This document shows positions 8,945-16,798 of a stretch of 24,000 nucleotides of DNA, piece after piece. The stretch is from NCBI RefSeq assembly GCF_900086705.1, contig NZ_LT575483.1:2405442-2429441 (forward strand), written 5' to 3'. The translations under genes were made by a program, and so were the position numbers. The DNA comes from Massilibacillus massiliensis (lineage in GTDB: Bacteria > Bacillota > Negativicutes > FLKF01). The notes beneath the pieces are model-generated. The model made no database searches. It was not told the DNA's origin and worked only from the letters and a program-made list of their open reading frames with translations. Every line of letters starts with the position of its first letter. Positions within the stretch are counted from its first letter, which is position 1.

Positions 8945-8997
8945 CGTCTAATTCTATGAATATAGTTAAATTTATTAGATTGGAGTTAAAGTTAAAA

Positions 8998-10236
8998 ATG
9001 TTTAAGATCGAACAAAAAAAAGACAGCGTGTTATTGAACCCGCAAAATTATCTAGGTGTGAAGGGAATGATCGTGTTTATTGCTTTTATGGGAATGTTTA
9101 TTCCCCTGTCAATTGACCTATATCTGCCTGCCATGCCTTCTATGGCACAATATTTTCAGACAACATCTGCCATGATTAATTTAACTTTAGTTGCATTTTT
9201 TGTTTTTTTTGCAATAGGGATTATTGTCTTTGGTCCGTTAAGTGACAAATATGGGCGGAAAAAGATCCTTGTAATTGGGCTGATTTTGTATATTGGAGGA
9301 AGTATTGCTTGCGCCTTGGCATTGTCGATCTATCAATTGATTGTATTTCGTGTGTTGCAAGGGTTGGGTGCTGGAAATATTACGTCTATTGCGACGGCCC
9401 TGGTAAAAGATTGTTTTTCAGGAAAGATGAAAAGTAAGATTCTCGCCATTGTGCAAGTAATGGGTGTGCTGGCTCCTATGGTAGCTCCTATTGCAGGCGC
9501 GCTGATCTTGCAGATTGGCGGAACTTGGCGTGACACTTTTTGGGTACTCGCCGTTACGGGGGTTTTAAACGGATTTCTCGTATTTTTATTCCAAGAAAGT
9601 TTGCCAAAAGAAAAACGCTATCAGGGAACGCTAATCGGTTCTTTACAACGTTTGTTGATTGTAGGAAAAAATCCAGGGTTTACGTTCTTTCTTTTGATTG
9701 CTGCTGTTTTGTCAGCGCCATATATGGCTTATGTTGCAATGTCTTCTTATATATACGAAAATACGTTTGCTTTGTCTGTTCAGGCTTACAGTTATTTTTT
9801 TGCGGCAAATTCAGCATTTGCTATTTTGGGACCAATTGTTTATATTCGTTCCATTGGACGATTTTCGCCGCGTTTGTTTACGCAATGTTGTTTTGGGGTA
9901 GCTTTTATTAGTGGTTTGAGCTTATTCTTTTTCGGAAATCATTCCCCCTGGCTTTTTTTAATGACATTTCTGCCGTTTACCTTGGTGGAAGGCGCTATTC
10001 GCCCACTTAGTACAGATATTCTGTTGGAACAGCAAAAAGAAGATATTGGGGCGGCTTCATCGCTTATCAATGCAGTGCATACTATTTTAGGGAGCGTTGG
10101 TATGGTGTTATGCTCTTTTGCCTGGAATAATATGATTGATATGCTCGGAATTATGATTATTTCATCAGTTGTATTGGCTATTTTATTGTGGATTATCTTG
10201 ATGTATAGTACGATGAAGGTAATCGGGCTAAAATAG
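8998..10236 (+). CDS. MFS multidrug efflux transporter, Bcr/CflA subfamily
   Basis: 12-TM MFS with the Bcr/CflA N-terminal signature PLSIDLYLPAMPSMAQYF and motif A GPLSDKYGRKK. I prefer the ATG at 8998 (413 aa, GGAG 12 nt upstream). The track ORF start at 8869 lies inside the -10 element, and that upstream extension would read through the terminator T-run. Confidence 0.85.
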   Translation: MFKIEQKKDSVLLNPQNYLGVKGMIVFIAFMGMFIPLSIDLYLPAMPSMAQYFQTTSAMINLTLVAFFVFFAIGIIVFGPLSDKYGRKKILVIGLILYIGGSIACALALSIYQLIVFRVLQGLGAGNITSIATALVKDCFSGKMKSKILAIVQVMGVLAPMVAPIAGALILQIGGTWRDTFWVLAVTGVLNGFLVFLFQESLPKEKRYQGTLIGSLQRLLIVGKNPGFTFFLLIAAVLSAPYMAYVAMSSYIYENTFALSVQAYSYFFAANSAFAILGPIVYIRSIGRFSPRLFTQCCFGVAFISGLSLFFFGNHSPWLFLMTFLPFTLVEGAIRPLSTDILLEQQKEDIGAASSLINAVHTILGSVGMVLCSFAWNNMIDMLGIMIISSVVLAILLWIILMYSTMKVIGLK

Positions 10237-10248
10237 AAGGCGCAGTTA

Positions 10249-10563
10249 TTATCCAATCAATTTCAAGCCAATTGCGGAGCCTAGTACAACAGTAATTGCG
10301 ATAATTCTTGGCAAATTTCTAGGTTCACCATAGACAAACATGCCAAGTAAGGCGCCACCGGAAGCGCCAATTCCTGTCCATACAGCATAGGCTGTTCCCA
10401 TTGGCAGTGTTTTCATAGCAATGGATAAGAATAAAAAACTTAGTCCAAAGCCAGTAAATAATAATAAAAATGCCTTTAAGTTGTGGTCTTTATGAAGTTT
10501 ATGAATCATGGCAACGCCGGTCATTTCAAAAATTCCTGCCAGTATCAGGCATATCCAATCCAT
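10249..10563 (-). CDS. ykkD: SMR family guanidinium exporter subunit (YkkD/GdnD-like)
   Basis: 104 aa, 4-TM SMR protein with the conserved membrane Glu (AGIFEMTG). It is second in a two-gene SMR pair behind a guanidine-I riboswitch. B. subtilis YkkD is about 105 aa. Confidence 0.9.
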   Translation of the reverse strand: MDWICLILAGIFEMTGVAMIHKLHKDHNLKAFLLLFTGFGLSFLFLSIAMKTLPMGTAYAVWTGIGASGGALLGMFVYGEPRNLPRIIAITVVLGSAIGLKLIG

Positions 10564-10564
10564 A

Positions 10565-10903
10565 TTAATGCACCTCTTTCTCTTGGCAATTGCTTACTAG
10601 CTTTAAGCTAATGACGCCAAGTAATAAAGTAACAATTAAAGCTATTTTTATCGGGTTAACAGGCGCGCCGAATAAGACAATATCGGATAATACAGTTCCC
10701 GTAGTGCCAAGACCTACGAAAACAGCATATACTGTTCCCACGGCAAGATTGCGCCCGGCTTGAATCATTAAATAAAAGCTAACAAAAATGCAGATACAGG
10801 TTCCCACCCAAGCTAAAATATTGTCCGCATGTTTGAGACCAATTACCCACCCAACTTCAAAGAAGGAAGCAATTATAACAGATATCCAAGTTTTATTCAT
10901 CAT
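10565..10903 (-). CDS. ykkC: SMR family guanidinium exporter subunit (YkkC/GdnC-like)
   Basis: 112 aa, the same length as B. subtilis YkkC, with 4 TM helices and the conserved Glu (ASFFEVGWV). SD AAGGAG precedes it. Its stop lies 1 nt before the ykkD-like ATG. Confidence 0.9.
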   Translation of the reverse strand: MMNKTWISVIIASFFEVGWVIGLKHADNILAWVGTCICIFVSFYLMIQAGRNLAVGTVYAVFVGLGTTGTVLSDIVLFGAPVNPIKIALIVTLLLGVISLKLVSNCQEKEVH

Positions 10904-10930
10904 TTATCTCCTTTTTAACTCGTATGATAC

Positions 10931-11058
10931 AGATAAAAGCCCGGGAGAATCAGCCGCAATTGTGTGCAGCTATTCTCCCGGGCTTTTATCCCTCCGTGAT
11001 CCAGTCTAAAGACTGTCGTTTTCTCTCGGACCAGACCAGTAAACTGCGGAACCCTAGA
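10931..11058 (-). promoter_or_regulatory. guanidine-I riboswitch (ykkC motif) with terminator expression platform
   Basis: The minus-strand RNA reads CUAGGGUUCCGCAGUUUACUGGUCUGGUCCGAGAGAAAACGACAGUCUUUAGACUGGAUCACGGAGGGAUAAAAGCCCGGGAGAAU. It carries the ykkC hallmark blocks CUAGGGUUCCG, GGUCCGAGAG and ACGGAGGGAUAAAAGCCCGGGAGA. The 3' block AAAAGCCCGGGAGAAU (10987-10972) can alternatively pair perfectly over 16 bp with AUUCUCCCGGGCUUUU (10950-10935), followed by a U-rich tail. That alternative pairing is the terminator. Confidence 0.92.
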
Positions 11059-11076
11059 AAACTAAGTATGCTATTT

Positions 11077-11104
11077 ATTATATGCAATTTGATCAATTTG
11101 TCAA
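11077..11104 (-). promoter_or_regulatory. consensus sigma-A promoter driving the riboswitch-ykkCD transcript
   Basis: On the minus strand: TTGACA (11104-11099), a 16-nt spacer, then TATAAT (11082-11077), about 20 nt upstream of the aptamer. Confidence 0.65.
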
Positions 11105-11360
11105 TCCTGCATCTGGCATAAGAAGGTGTATGCATCTTTAGAAAATAAAGTAGCCTTGAAAAGGAATGGACTTTCGCAAAATGCCGTATGCGATATTGAA
11201 AAAAATAAGCATTTTCAGTGCATTGGCTAAATATTTATTTCTTTTATTATGGATGAATAGCTAGCAAAATTCTTTCTAGGATTTAATACATTGACCGGTG
11301 TTTAGAAAAAGTATAAACTTAGATAAATATACGAAAATGCCAGAAAAAGGTGAAGCGCAA

Positions 11361-12263
11361 GTGTGTGTAGATATTAAAAAAATTAATACAGAAAATATTG
11401 TAGATGCCGTAAAAATATTAAAGAATATATACGATGTTGTTCGTATTGTAGATCCCGTGCAAAATACAATTCTGCATATAAAAGATAGAAAATCTCCAGC
11501 AGTATTGCGTGAAGGAGCCTGCTATGCAATTTGGAAAAAGAATAAGTTTTGTGACAATTGTATTTCTTATCGGGCGATAAAGGAGAAAGATACGTTTGTA
11601 AAATTCGAAGTGATTGATGAACGTGTTTATATGATTACAGCCAGTCCAGTCGAATATCAAGATGGCTGTTACGTCGTTGAAATGTTAACTGATATTACTG
11701 GTAAGGGTGTTCTGGAAAGTATGGCAGGTGAGAGTACCGAGGATTTTACGAATTTAGTATTGCGGCTGAATGATGCACTTGTGCGAGATGAATTGACTAA
11801 AATTTTCAATCGTCGTTATATTAATGAAAGATTGCCGATTGAAATTTTTCATAGTATAGCAAATGCAAATCCAGCGGCTCTGGTCATCATTGATATCGAT
11901 AAGTTTAAGAATAAGAATGATATGTATGGACATATCGCAGGGGATGCGATATTGGAGCAGTTTGCTTATTTACTAATGAATGGTGTGCAAGAGGAGCGCG
12001 ATTGGGTGGCACGTTACGGTGGAGAAGAGTTTCTGCTGTATCTTCACAATCGAAATCTTGAGCAGGCTGTAACAGTAGCAGAACAAATTCGGAAAGCAAT
12101 AGAATATACCCAATTTACGATACCAAGCGGGTTTGTTAATATCACTTGCAGTTTAGGTATTTGTATTTTGGAAAAAGAAATGACGATGACGGAATGGATT
12201 GATTGTGCAGATAAAAAACTTTATGAAGCGAAAGCAACTGGAGGAAATAGAATTGTCGTATGA
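11361..12263 (+). CDS. diguanylate cyclase (GGDEF domain, intact GGEEF active site) with Cys-rich N-terminal sensor domain
   Basis: The C-terminal GGDEF domain includes RDELTKIFNRRY, DIDKFKNKNDMYGHIAGD, RYGGEEF and DKKLYEAKATGGNR. The start is uncertain. GTG 11361 has GGTGA 7 nt upstream and lies downstream of a possible promoter (TTGACC 11291-11296, TATAAA 11312-11317). The in-frame alternatives are ATG 11337 and GTG 11298 (the track ORF). Confidence 0.85.
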   Translation: MCVDIKKINTENIVDAVKILKNIYDVVRIVDPVQNTILHIKDRKSPAVLREGACYAIWKKNKFCDNCISYRAIKEKDTFVKFEVIDERVYMITASPVEYQDGCYVVEMLTDITGKGVLESMAGESTEDFTNLVLRLNDALVRDELTKIFNRRYINERLPIEIFHSIANANPAALVIIDIDKFKNKNDMYGHIAGDAILEQFAYLLMNGVQEERDWVARYGGEEFLLYLHNRNLEQAVTVAEQIRKAIEYTQFTIPSGFVNITCSLGICILEKEMTMTEWIDCADKKLYEAKATGGNRIVV

Positions 12264-12270
12264 ATTTACA

Positions 12271-12311
12271 ACCTATCTTCGTAGTAGTTTATAAGTAGAA
12301 TGAAGATAGGT
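12271..12311 (+). other. stem-loop immediately after the diguanylate cyclase stop
   Basis: 10-bp stem, ACCTATCTTC (12271-12280) with GAAGATAGGT (12302-12311), a 21-nt loop, then ATTTTCT. This could be a first, weak terminator or a processing or stability element. Confidence 0.4.
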
Positions 12312-12357
12312 ATTTTCTAAGTTATCAACATAAATATATGATTTGTCTACAGTCTGA

Positions 12358-12390
12358 GGGATCGCATTTTTAATGCGATCCCCTTTTATT
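12358..12390 (+). terminator. intrinsic terminator
   Basis: 11-bp stem, GGGATCGCATT (12358-12368) with AATGCGATCCC (12372-12382), a 3-nt loop, followed by CTTTTATTT. Confidence 0.8.
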
Positions 12391-12432
12391 TATCAATCAA
12401 TGTATTCATGATGGTTTCTGTAATTTTATTGG

Positions 12433-12484
12433 TTGACAAATTTTTTTTTATTCAATATTATATACCTATACCCCTAAGGGTATA
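12433..12484 (+). promoter_or_regulatory. promoter plus CsoR-type operator of the csoR-ATPase operon
   Basis: TTGACA (12433-12438), a 17-nt spacer, then TATTAT (12456-12461). An inverted repeat, TATACCC (12467-12473), CTAA, GGGTATA (12478-12484), lies at about +1. It is a G/C tract flanked by AT-rich arms, as in described CsoR operators. Confidence 0.65.
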
Positions 12485-12502
12485 AAAAGGGAGGGCTAAA
12501 TT

Positions 12503-12778
12503 ATGCGTCAATGTATGGATATACCAAAAGTTCAATTGAGAATAAAAAAAATTGAAGGACAGCTTAGAGCGATTTCAGAGATGGTTGGCAAGGATGTCCC
12601 TTGTGAGGATATTTTGATACAAATCAATGCAGCTAAGAGTGCAATGCACAAGGTGGGGCAGGTTGTTTTAGAAGGTCATTTGCAGCATTGTGTTCGCGAT
12701 GGGATAGAACATGGAGATGCGGATAAAACAATTGCTGAATTTGCCAAGGCTGTAGAGCATTTTTCGCGAATGGGCTAG
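12503..12778 (+). CDS. csoR: CsoR/RcnR family metal-sensing transcriptional repressor (C-H-C ligand set)
   Basis: 91 aa with the family core IEGQLRAI..M. Candidate ligands are C34, H59 and C63, with the 25- and 4-residue spacing of the Cu(I)-CsoR triad. SD AAGGGAGGG lies upstream. Confidence 0.85.
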   Translation: MRQCMDIPKVQLRIKKIEGQLRAISEMVGKDVPCEDILIQINAAKSAMHKVGQVVLEGHLQHCVRDGIEHGDADKTIAEFAKAVEHFSRMG

Positions 12779-12800
12779 TTTTTAGTGAAAGTTGGAGGTT

Positions 12801-14684
12801 ATGATGAAAGGCTTTATAGAATTATTAAAAAATGAAGAGCAAAGAACTATTTTATTTTTAATCTTATCGGTCGTTTCGCTTTTTATTAGTTTCTTTCATA
12901 TAGGAAACTTAAACTTTGATGCGGCTTGGATTGCAATTTTATTTTGTGGAATTCCAATCATCAAGGGAGCACTTGAAGGTTTGATTACAGAGTTTGATAT
13001 TAAAGCGGATGTCCTAGTTGCGATTGCTTTGATTGCATCAGTTTTTATTAATGAAATTTTTGCTGCTGGTGAAATTGCATTTATTATGACGCTTGGTGCA
13101 CTATTAGAAGAACGTACAGTTGCAAAAGCGCGTGCTGGTATTGAAAAACTGGTGCATCTTACACCTCGCACAGCAAGAGTCGTTCGTGCAGGAAAGGAAG
13201 AGATCATCCCGGCAGAGGACGTAGCAGTCGATGAACTGCTTCGCGTTTTTGCGGGAGAAACGATTGCAGTCGATGGAATCATTCTTTCAGGGCAGACTTC
13301 GATTAATCAATCTGTGATGACGGGAGAGTCATTGCCTGTCGACAAAAGCACTGGTGATGAAGTTTTTAGTGGTACAGTAAATCAATTTGGAACCTTTGAT
13401 ATGAAAGCTACCAAAGTCGGTGAGAACAGTTCCTTGCAGCGAATGATCAAACTTGTAGAGTCTGCGGATGCAAGTAAGGCGAAGATCGTTGGAGTTGCGG
13501 ACAGATGGGCAACTTGGATTGTTGTGATTGCACTTGTAACCGCAGTTGGCACATGGTTTTATACCGGAGAGGTCATCCGTGCTGTTACTATTCTCGTTGT
13601 ATTCTGTCCTTGTGCATTAGTGCTTGCGACACCTACAGCAATTATGGCTGGGATTGGCAATGCAACTAAATACGGCATTCTCGTCCGCGAGGGCGATGCT
13701 TTAGAAAGACTGTCTAAAGTGACGAAACTTGCTTTTGATAAGACAGGTACGCTTACTTATGGTAAACCTGCGGTAGTGGCAATTGAAAGCTTTGATGAGA
13801 CGATAAGTTCAGAAAAAGTGTTGACGTTGGCGGCTTGTGCAGAAGCAAGATCTGAGCATCCGCTGGGGAAAGCAATTGTGACGCATTTTAAAACGACAGT
13901 GGCTACTGCCTTAGAAGAGCCGCAGGATTTTGCGCTAATTGCAGGTCGAGGTGTCCAGGCAACAATTGGTGATCATCGAGTTTTGGCGGGAAATGAAAAA
14001 TTGTTTTCTGAAAACACGATTGCATTGTCTTCGCAAATGCTGCGTAAAGCTGATGCGTATAAAAAGGATGGCTGTACGATGATTTATGTGGCTGTGAATG
14101 GTCAGGAGGCAGGGCTTATTGCTTTGGCGGATGTTGTGAGGCAGGATTCTTCTGAGATGGTGAGACAGCTAAAGAATTGTCGTGTTGAAAGTATATTGAT
14201 TACAGGTGACCATCCGGAGGCTGCTTTTCATATTGCAAATCATGTAGGTATTACAAAAGTGCATGCATCCTGCTTGCCAGAGGATAAAATGATTGCAATT
14301 CAAGAGTATCAAGACAAAAATGATATGGTTTGTATGGTTGGAGATGGAATAAATGATGCACCGGCGCTGAAAACGGCGTACGTTGGGATTGCTATGGGGG
14401 GGATCGGCAGTGATATTGCTGTCGATGCTGCGGATATTGCGCTTGTGCGCGATGATATAAAAACGATCCCACACTTATTGCTTTTGTCTAAAAAAACAAT
14501 GTCAACGATCAAATGGAATCTGGCGTTGTCGATGATTTTAAACTTTATTGCGATTATCTTAGCTATGACAGGAGTTTTAAATCCAATTGTTGGCGCCTTA
14601 GTTCATAATGTAGGATCAGTTGCTGTAATTATAAATTCGGCAATGTTGTTAAATTTCAAAAGTAAAGCAGCGATCGCATCTTAA
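12801..14684 (+). CDS. heavy-metal translocating P1B-type ATPase lacking an N-terminal metal-binding domain
   Basis: Motifs present are TGES (MTGESLPV), CPC in TM6 (VFCPCALVLATPTAIM), DKTGTLT, HP (SEHPLGKAI) and GDGINDAP. There are 4 predicted TM helices before the actuator domain and no CxxC HMA domain. The start is ATG 12801 or 12804 just after GGAGG (12794-12798). The TTG at 12792 overlaps the SD. Confidence 0.9.
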   Translation: MMKGFIELLKNEEQRTILFLILSVVSLFISFFHIGNLNFDAAWIAILFCGIPIIKGALEGLITEFDIKADVLVAIALIASVFINEIFAAGEIAFIMTLGALLEERTVAKARAGIEKLVHLTPRTARVVRAGKEEIIPAEDVAVDELLRVFAGETIAVDGIILSGQTSINQSVMTGESLPVDKSTGDEVFSGTVNQFGTFDMKATKVGENSSLQRMIKLVESADASKAKIVGVADRWATWIVVIALVTAVGTWFYTGEVIRAVTILVVFCPCALVLATPTAIMAGIGNATKYGILVREGDALERLSKVTKLAFDKTGTLTYGKPAVVAIESFDETISSEKVLTLAACAEARSEHPLGKAIVTHFKTTVATALEEPQDFALIAGRGVQATIGDHRVLAGNEKLFSENTIALSSQMLRKADAYKKDGCTMIYVAVNGQEAGLIALADVVRQDSSEMVRQLKNCRVESILITGDHPEAAFHIANHVGITKVHASCLPEDKMIAIQEYQDKNDMVCMVGDGINDAPALKTAYVGIAMGGIGSDIAVDAADIALVRDDIKTIPHLLLLSKKTMSTIKWNLALSMILNFIAIILAMTGVLNPIVGALVHNVGSVAVIINSAMLLNFKSKAAIAS

Positions 14685-14817
14685 TTAAATCGCTGTTTTA
14701 CAAGTTTTTTAGCATGGTTAAGAAGGGCTTTTTAGTCATAAGTATAGAATAAATGGTAAGCAGATTTCGGGACTGCAAAGGTGCTTATTAGGAAGATTTT
14801 GTTTGTTGCTAAAAAAT

Positions 14818-14840
14818 AAAAATCGTAGTACGATAACGAC
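14818..14840 (+). repeat. 23-nt box, copy A (AAAAATCGTAGTACGATAACGAC)
   Basis: Identical at 21 of 23 positions to 17130-17152, in the same orientation. A strong hairpin lies 38 nt downstream (14879-14904). Confidence 0.6.
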
Positions 14841-14878
14841 GGAATAGAAGTATTTTCAGTCGCTCGTGAAATAAAAAA

Positions 14879-14908
14879 ATGGTAGGCATCTATACGCCTA
14901 CCATTTTT
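14879..14908. terminator. bidirectional intrinsic terminator (MCP gene; possibly also the ATPase operon)
   Basis: Stem ATGGTAGGC (14879-14887) with GCCTACCAT (14896-14904) and an 8-nt loop. An A-run sits upstream (14873-14878) and TTTT downstream (14905-14908). It lies directly after the MCP stop (14910-14912, minus strand). Confidence 0.8.
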
Positions 14909-14909
14909 A

Positions 14910-16631
14910 TTAAATCTTAAACTTTCGAATTGCTTGTTGTAATTCTTCAGCCATTTTTGCTAAGTGCTGACTTGCAGAAGCAATTTCTTCTACTGAGGCA
15001 GATTGTTCTTCCGTAGCAGCAGAAATTGTCTGTGTTTGTTCAGAGGCTTTTCTGCTTTCTTGTTCATTGGCTTGTACAGCTTTCACTACATTTTGGATAC
15101 CTTTCGTAATATCATGAATTGCGTTGGAGTTTTCTTGGATTTGCTCTGTCATGTTTCTTACCATAGTCAGAATGTCTTCAAAGCTTTGTCCTGCAAGTGA
15201 TACTACATTTGTTCCAGCATCGACTTCTTTTTTTCCGTCATTCATAAAAGTCACGGCGTCATTGGTTTTAGCTTGTACTTCTTGGATCAGATCGGTGATT
15301 TGTTTTGTCGCTTCTTGTGACTGTTCAGCAAGTTTACGAACTTCTTCTGCAACTACCGCAAAGCCTCTGCCTGCTTCACCGGCACGTGCCGCTTCAATCG
15401 CTGCATTTAAAGCTAATAAATTTGTTTGACCGGAAATGCTTGAGATTACATCGACGATTTGACCGATTTTTTCGGACTTTTCTTCAAGTTCTCCGATTAC
15501 GCTGGCAGTGTCATTTGTTTTTTGTTCAATAATATTCATTTGTGTTACGGCTTGTTTAATTGCTTCTTCACCATGGTTTGCTGTTTCAGCTGTTTTTTCA
15601 GCTGCATTTGAAACCGTATTTGTATTTTCGGCTACTTGTGAAATCGCTGTAGAGATCTGTTGTACTGTGTGATTGGCACTGTCCACTAATTGCAGTTGTT
15701 TTTCCGCTCCTTGGGCAACTTCTGTGACTGAACCGGCGACTTGGTTGGATGCTTGTGCGGACTGCTCGGCACTGGCGGTTAATTCTTCAGAAGATGCAGC
15801 CAATTGCTCAGATGTATTGGATAAATGCTGGATTAGATTTCTAATGCTCTTTTTCATTTCATCGACTGCTCTTGAAACGGTTCCGAATTCACTTTTATCA
15901 AGTAAATTTTTCTGCGCAATGTCTTCAGAGAAGTCTCCTTTAGAGAGAATCAGCAGGTAGTGAACGATATCTTTTAGGCGAGAAGTGAGTTGATTAATGA
16001 TGAATAATCCTAATAGAATGCCGAAAATAAGGGAAATGACAATAATAGAAATGAATAAATTGTTAGCAAAAACGAAATCTTTTTGATTCTGCGTATTCAT
16101 TTCACTTGCAGATTTTTGCATATCTTCAGAAAGAGAACTGAGTTCATCTGTGAATCGTACAGATAAGGCTTTGCCTTGTTGATTGTAAAGGGTAAATGCT
16201 TCGGCATCCTTATTCTTCAGCGTTAAATCAACTACTTTGCTTCGAACTGCACGATACTTGACTAAATCCTCTTTTATTTGTGCTATCCTGGTTTTATTTT
16301 GTTCATTTAAAGTCAAATTTTCAAATTTCGTCAAATTTTCATCAAATTGTTTCCCGCGTGCGACGATGTCTTCTTGTAGAAGTTTATTTTCTTCGTTAGT
16401 GGATGGTAGCATGAGTGAGAAGGTATCTGCCTCAATTTTTCTTGCATGTGCTCTGTTTTCAGTGAGTAATTCAACAGCCATCAGTTTTTCACTGTACATT
16501 TTATTTAATGCATCATTGGTTTTTGAGAGAAAGTAGTATCCTGTTCCTCCTACACAAATTAAAGCGGTAAGTAAAAGTGCAATGAGCAGAATTAATTTCT
16601 GGGCAACTTTTAGATTATTTAACCAGTTCAA
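14910..16631 (-). CDS. methyl-accepting chemotaxis protein
   Basis: 573 aa. Layout is an N-terminal TM helix, a helical periplasmic sensor region, a second TM helix, HAMP, then the MA signalling domain containing [37 protein letters not shown]. The TTG start has AAGGGAGAG 7 nt upstream. Confidence 0.92.
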   Translation of the reverse strand: MNWLNNLKVAQKLILLIALLLTALICVGGTGYYFLSKTNDALNKMYSEKLMAVELLTENRAHARKIEADTFSLMLPSTNEENKLLQEDIVARGKQFDENLTKFENLTLNEQNKTRIAQIKEDLVKYRAVRSKVVDLTLKNKDAEAFTLYNQQGKALSVRFTDELSSLSEDMQKSASEMNTQNQKDFVFANNLFISIIVISLIFGILLGLFIINQLTSRLKDIVHYLLILSKGDFSEDIAQKNLLDKSEFGTVSRAVDEMKKSIRNLIQHLSNTSEQLAASSEELTASAEQSAQASNQVAGSVTEVAQGAEKQLQLVDSANHTVQQISTAISQVAENTNTVSNAAEKTAETANHGEEAIKQAVTQMNIIEQKTNDTASVIGELEEKSEKIGQIVDVISSISGQTNLLALNAAIEAARAGEAGRGFAVVAEEVRKLAEQSQEATKQITDLIQEVQAKTNDAVTFMNDGKKEVDAGTNVVSLAGQSFEDILTMVRNMTEQIQENSNAIHDITKGIQNVVKAVQANEQESRKASEQTQTISAATEEQSASVEEIASASQHLAKMAEELQQAIRKFKI

Positions 16632-16798
16632 AAAAATCTCTCCCTTATATAGTTTTGTTCCGAAAAGGATAGCGTTATAGTACTATTGTAGGATAATTCG
16701 TTGAAATATGTAAAAACCCTTCAAATTTTACTTAAAAATAGCAATTTGAATACTATAGTCTGTAGAAAATTTAAAATTTGGGAAATATAGTTTTGTTT

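Noticed and set aside
8869-8997. N-terminal extension of the MFS ORF (track start at 8869, 455 aa)
   Set aside because: The extension would start inside the -10 hexamer and read through a terminator hairpin and the T9 run (LFFSS). Bcr/CflA proteins are typically about 400 aa. An in-frame GTG at 8896 with the same SD remains a formal alternative and is listed as the refutation test for the attenuator hypothesis.
10788-11121. Plus-strand ORFs 10788-11009 and 10924-11121
   Set aside because: They lie antisense to the ykkC-like gene and directly over the guanidine-I riboswitch and its promoter. The RNA element explains the conservation-like structure.
11166-11264. 32-codon ORF (MDFRKMPYAILKKISIFSALAKYLFLLLWMNS) between the riboswitch promoter and the GGDEF gene
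   Set aside because: It is hydrophobic and could be a small membrane peptide. However, the AAGGA sits immediately against the ATG with no spacing, and I cannot assess conservation. Evidence is insufficient to call it a gene.
15003-16536. Plus-strand ORFs (65-101 aa) antisense to the MCP gene
   Set aside because: These are typical antisense shadows of the Ala/Glu/Gln-rich coiled-coil MCP coding sequence, translating as Ser/Cys/Phe-rich proteins. None has an SD.
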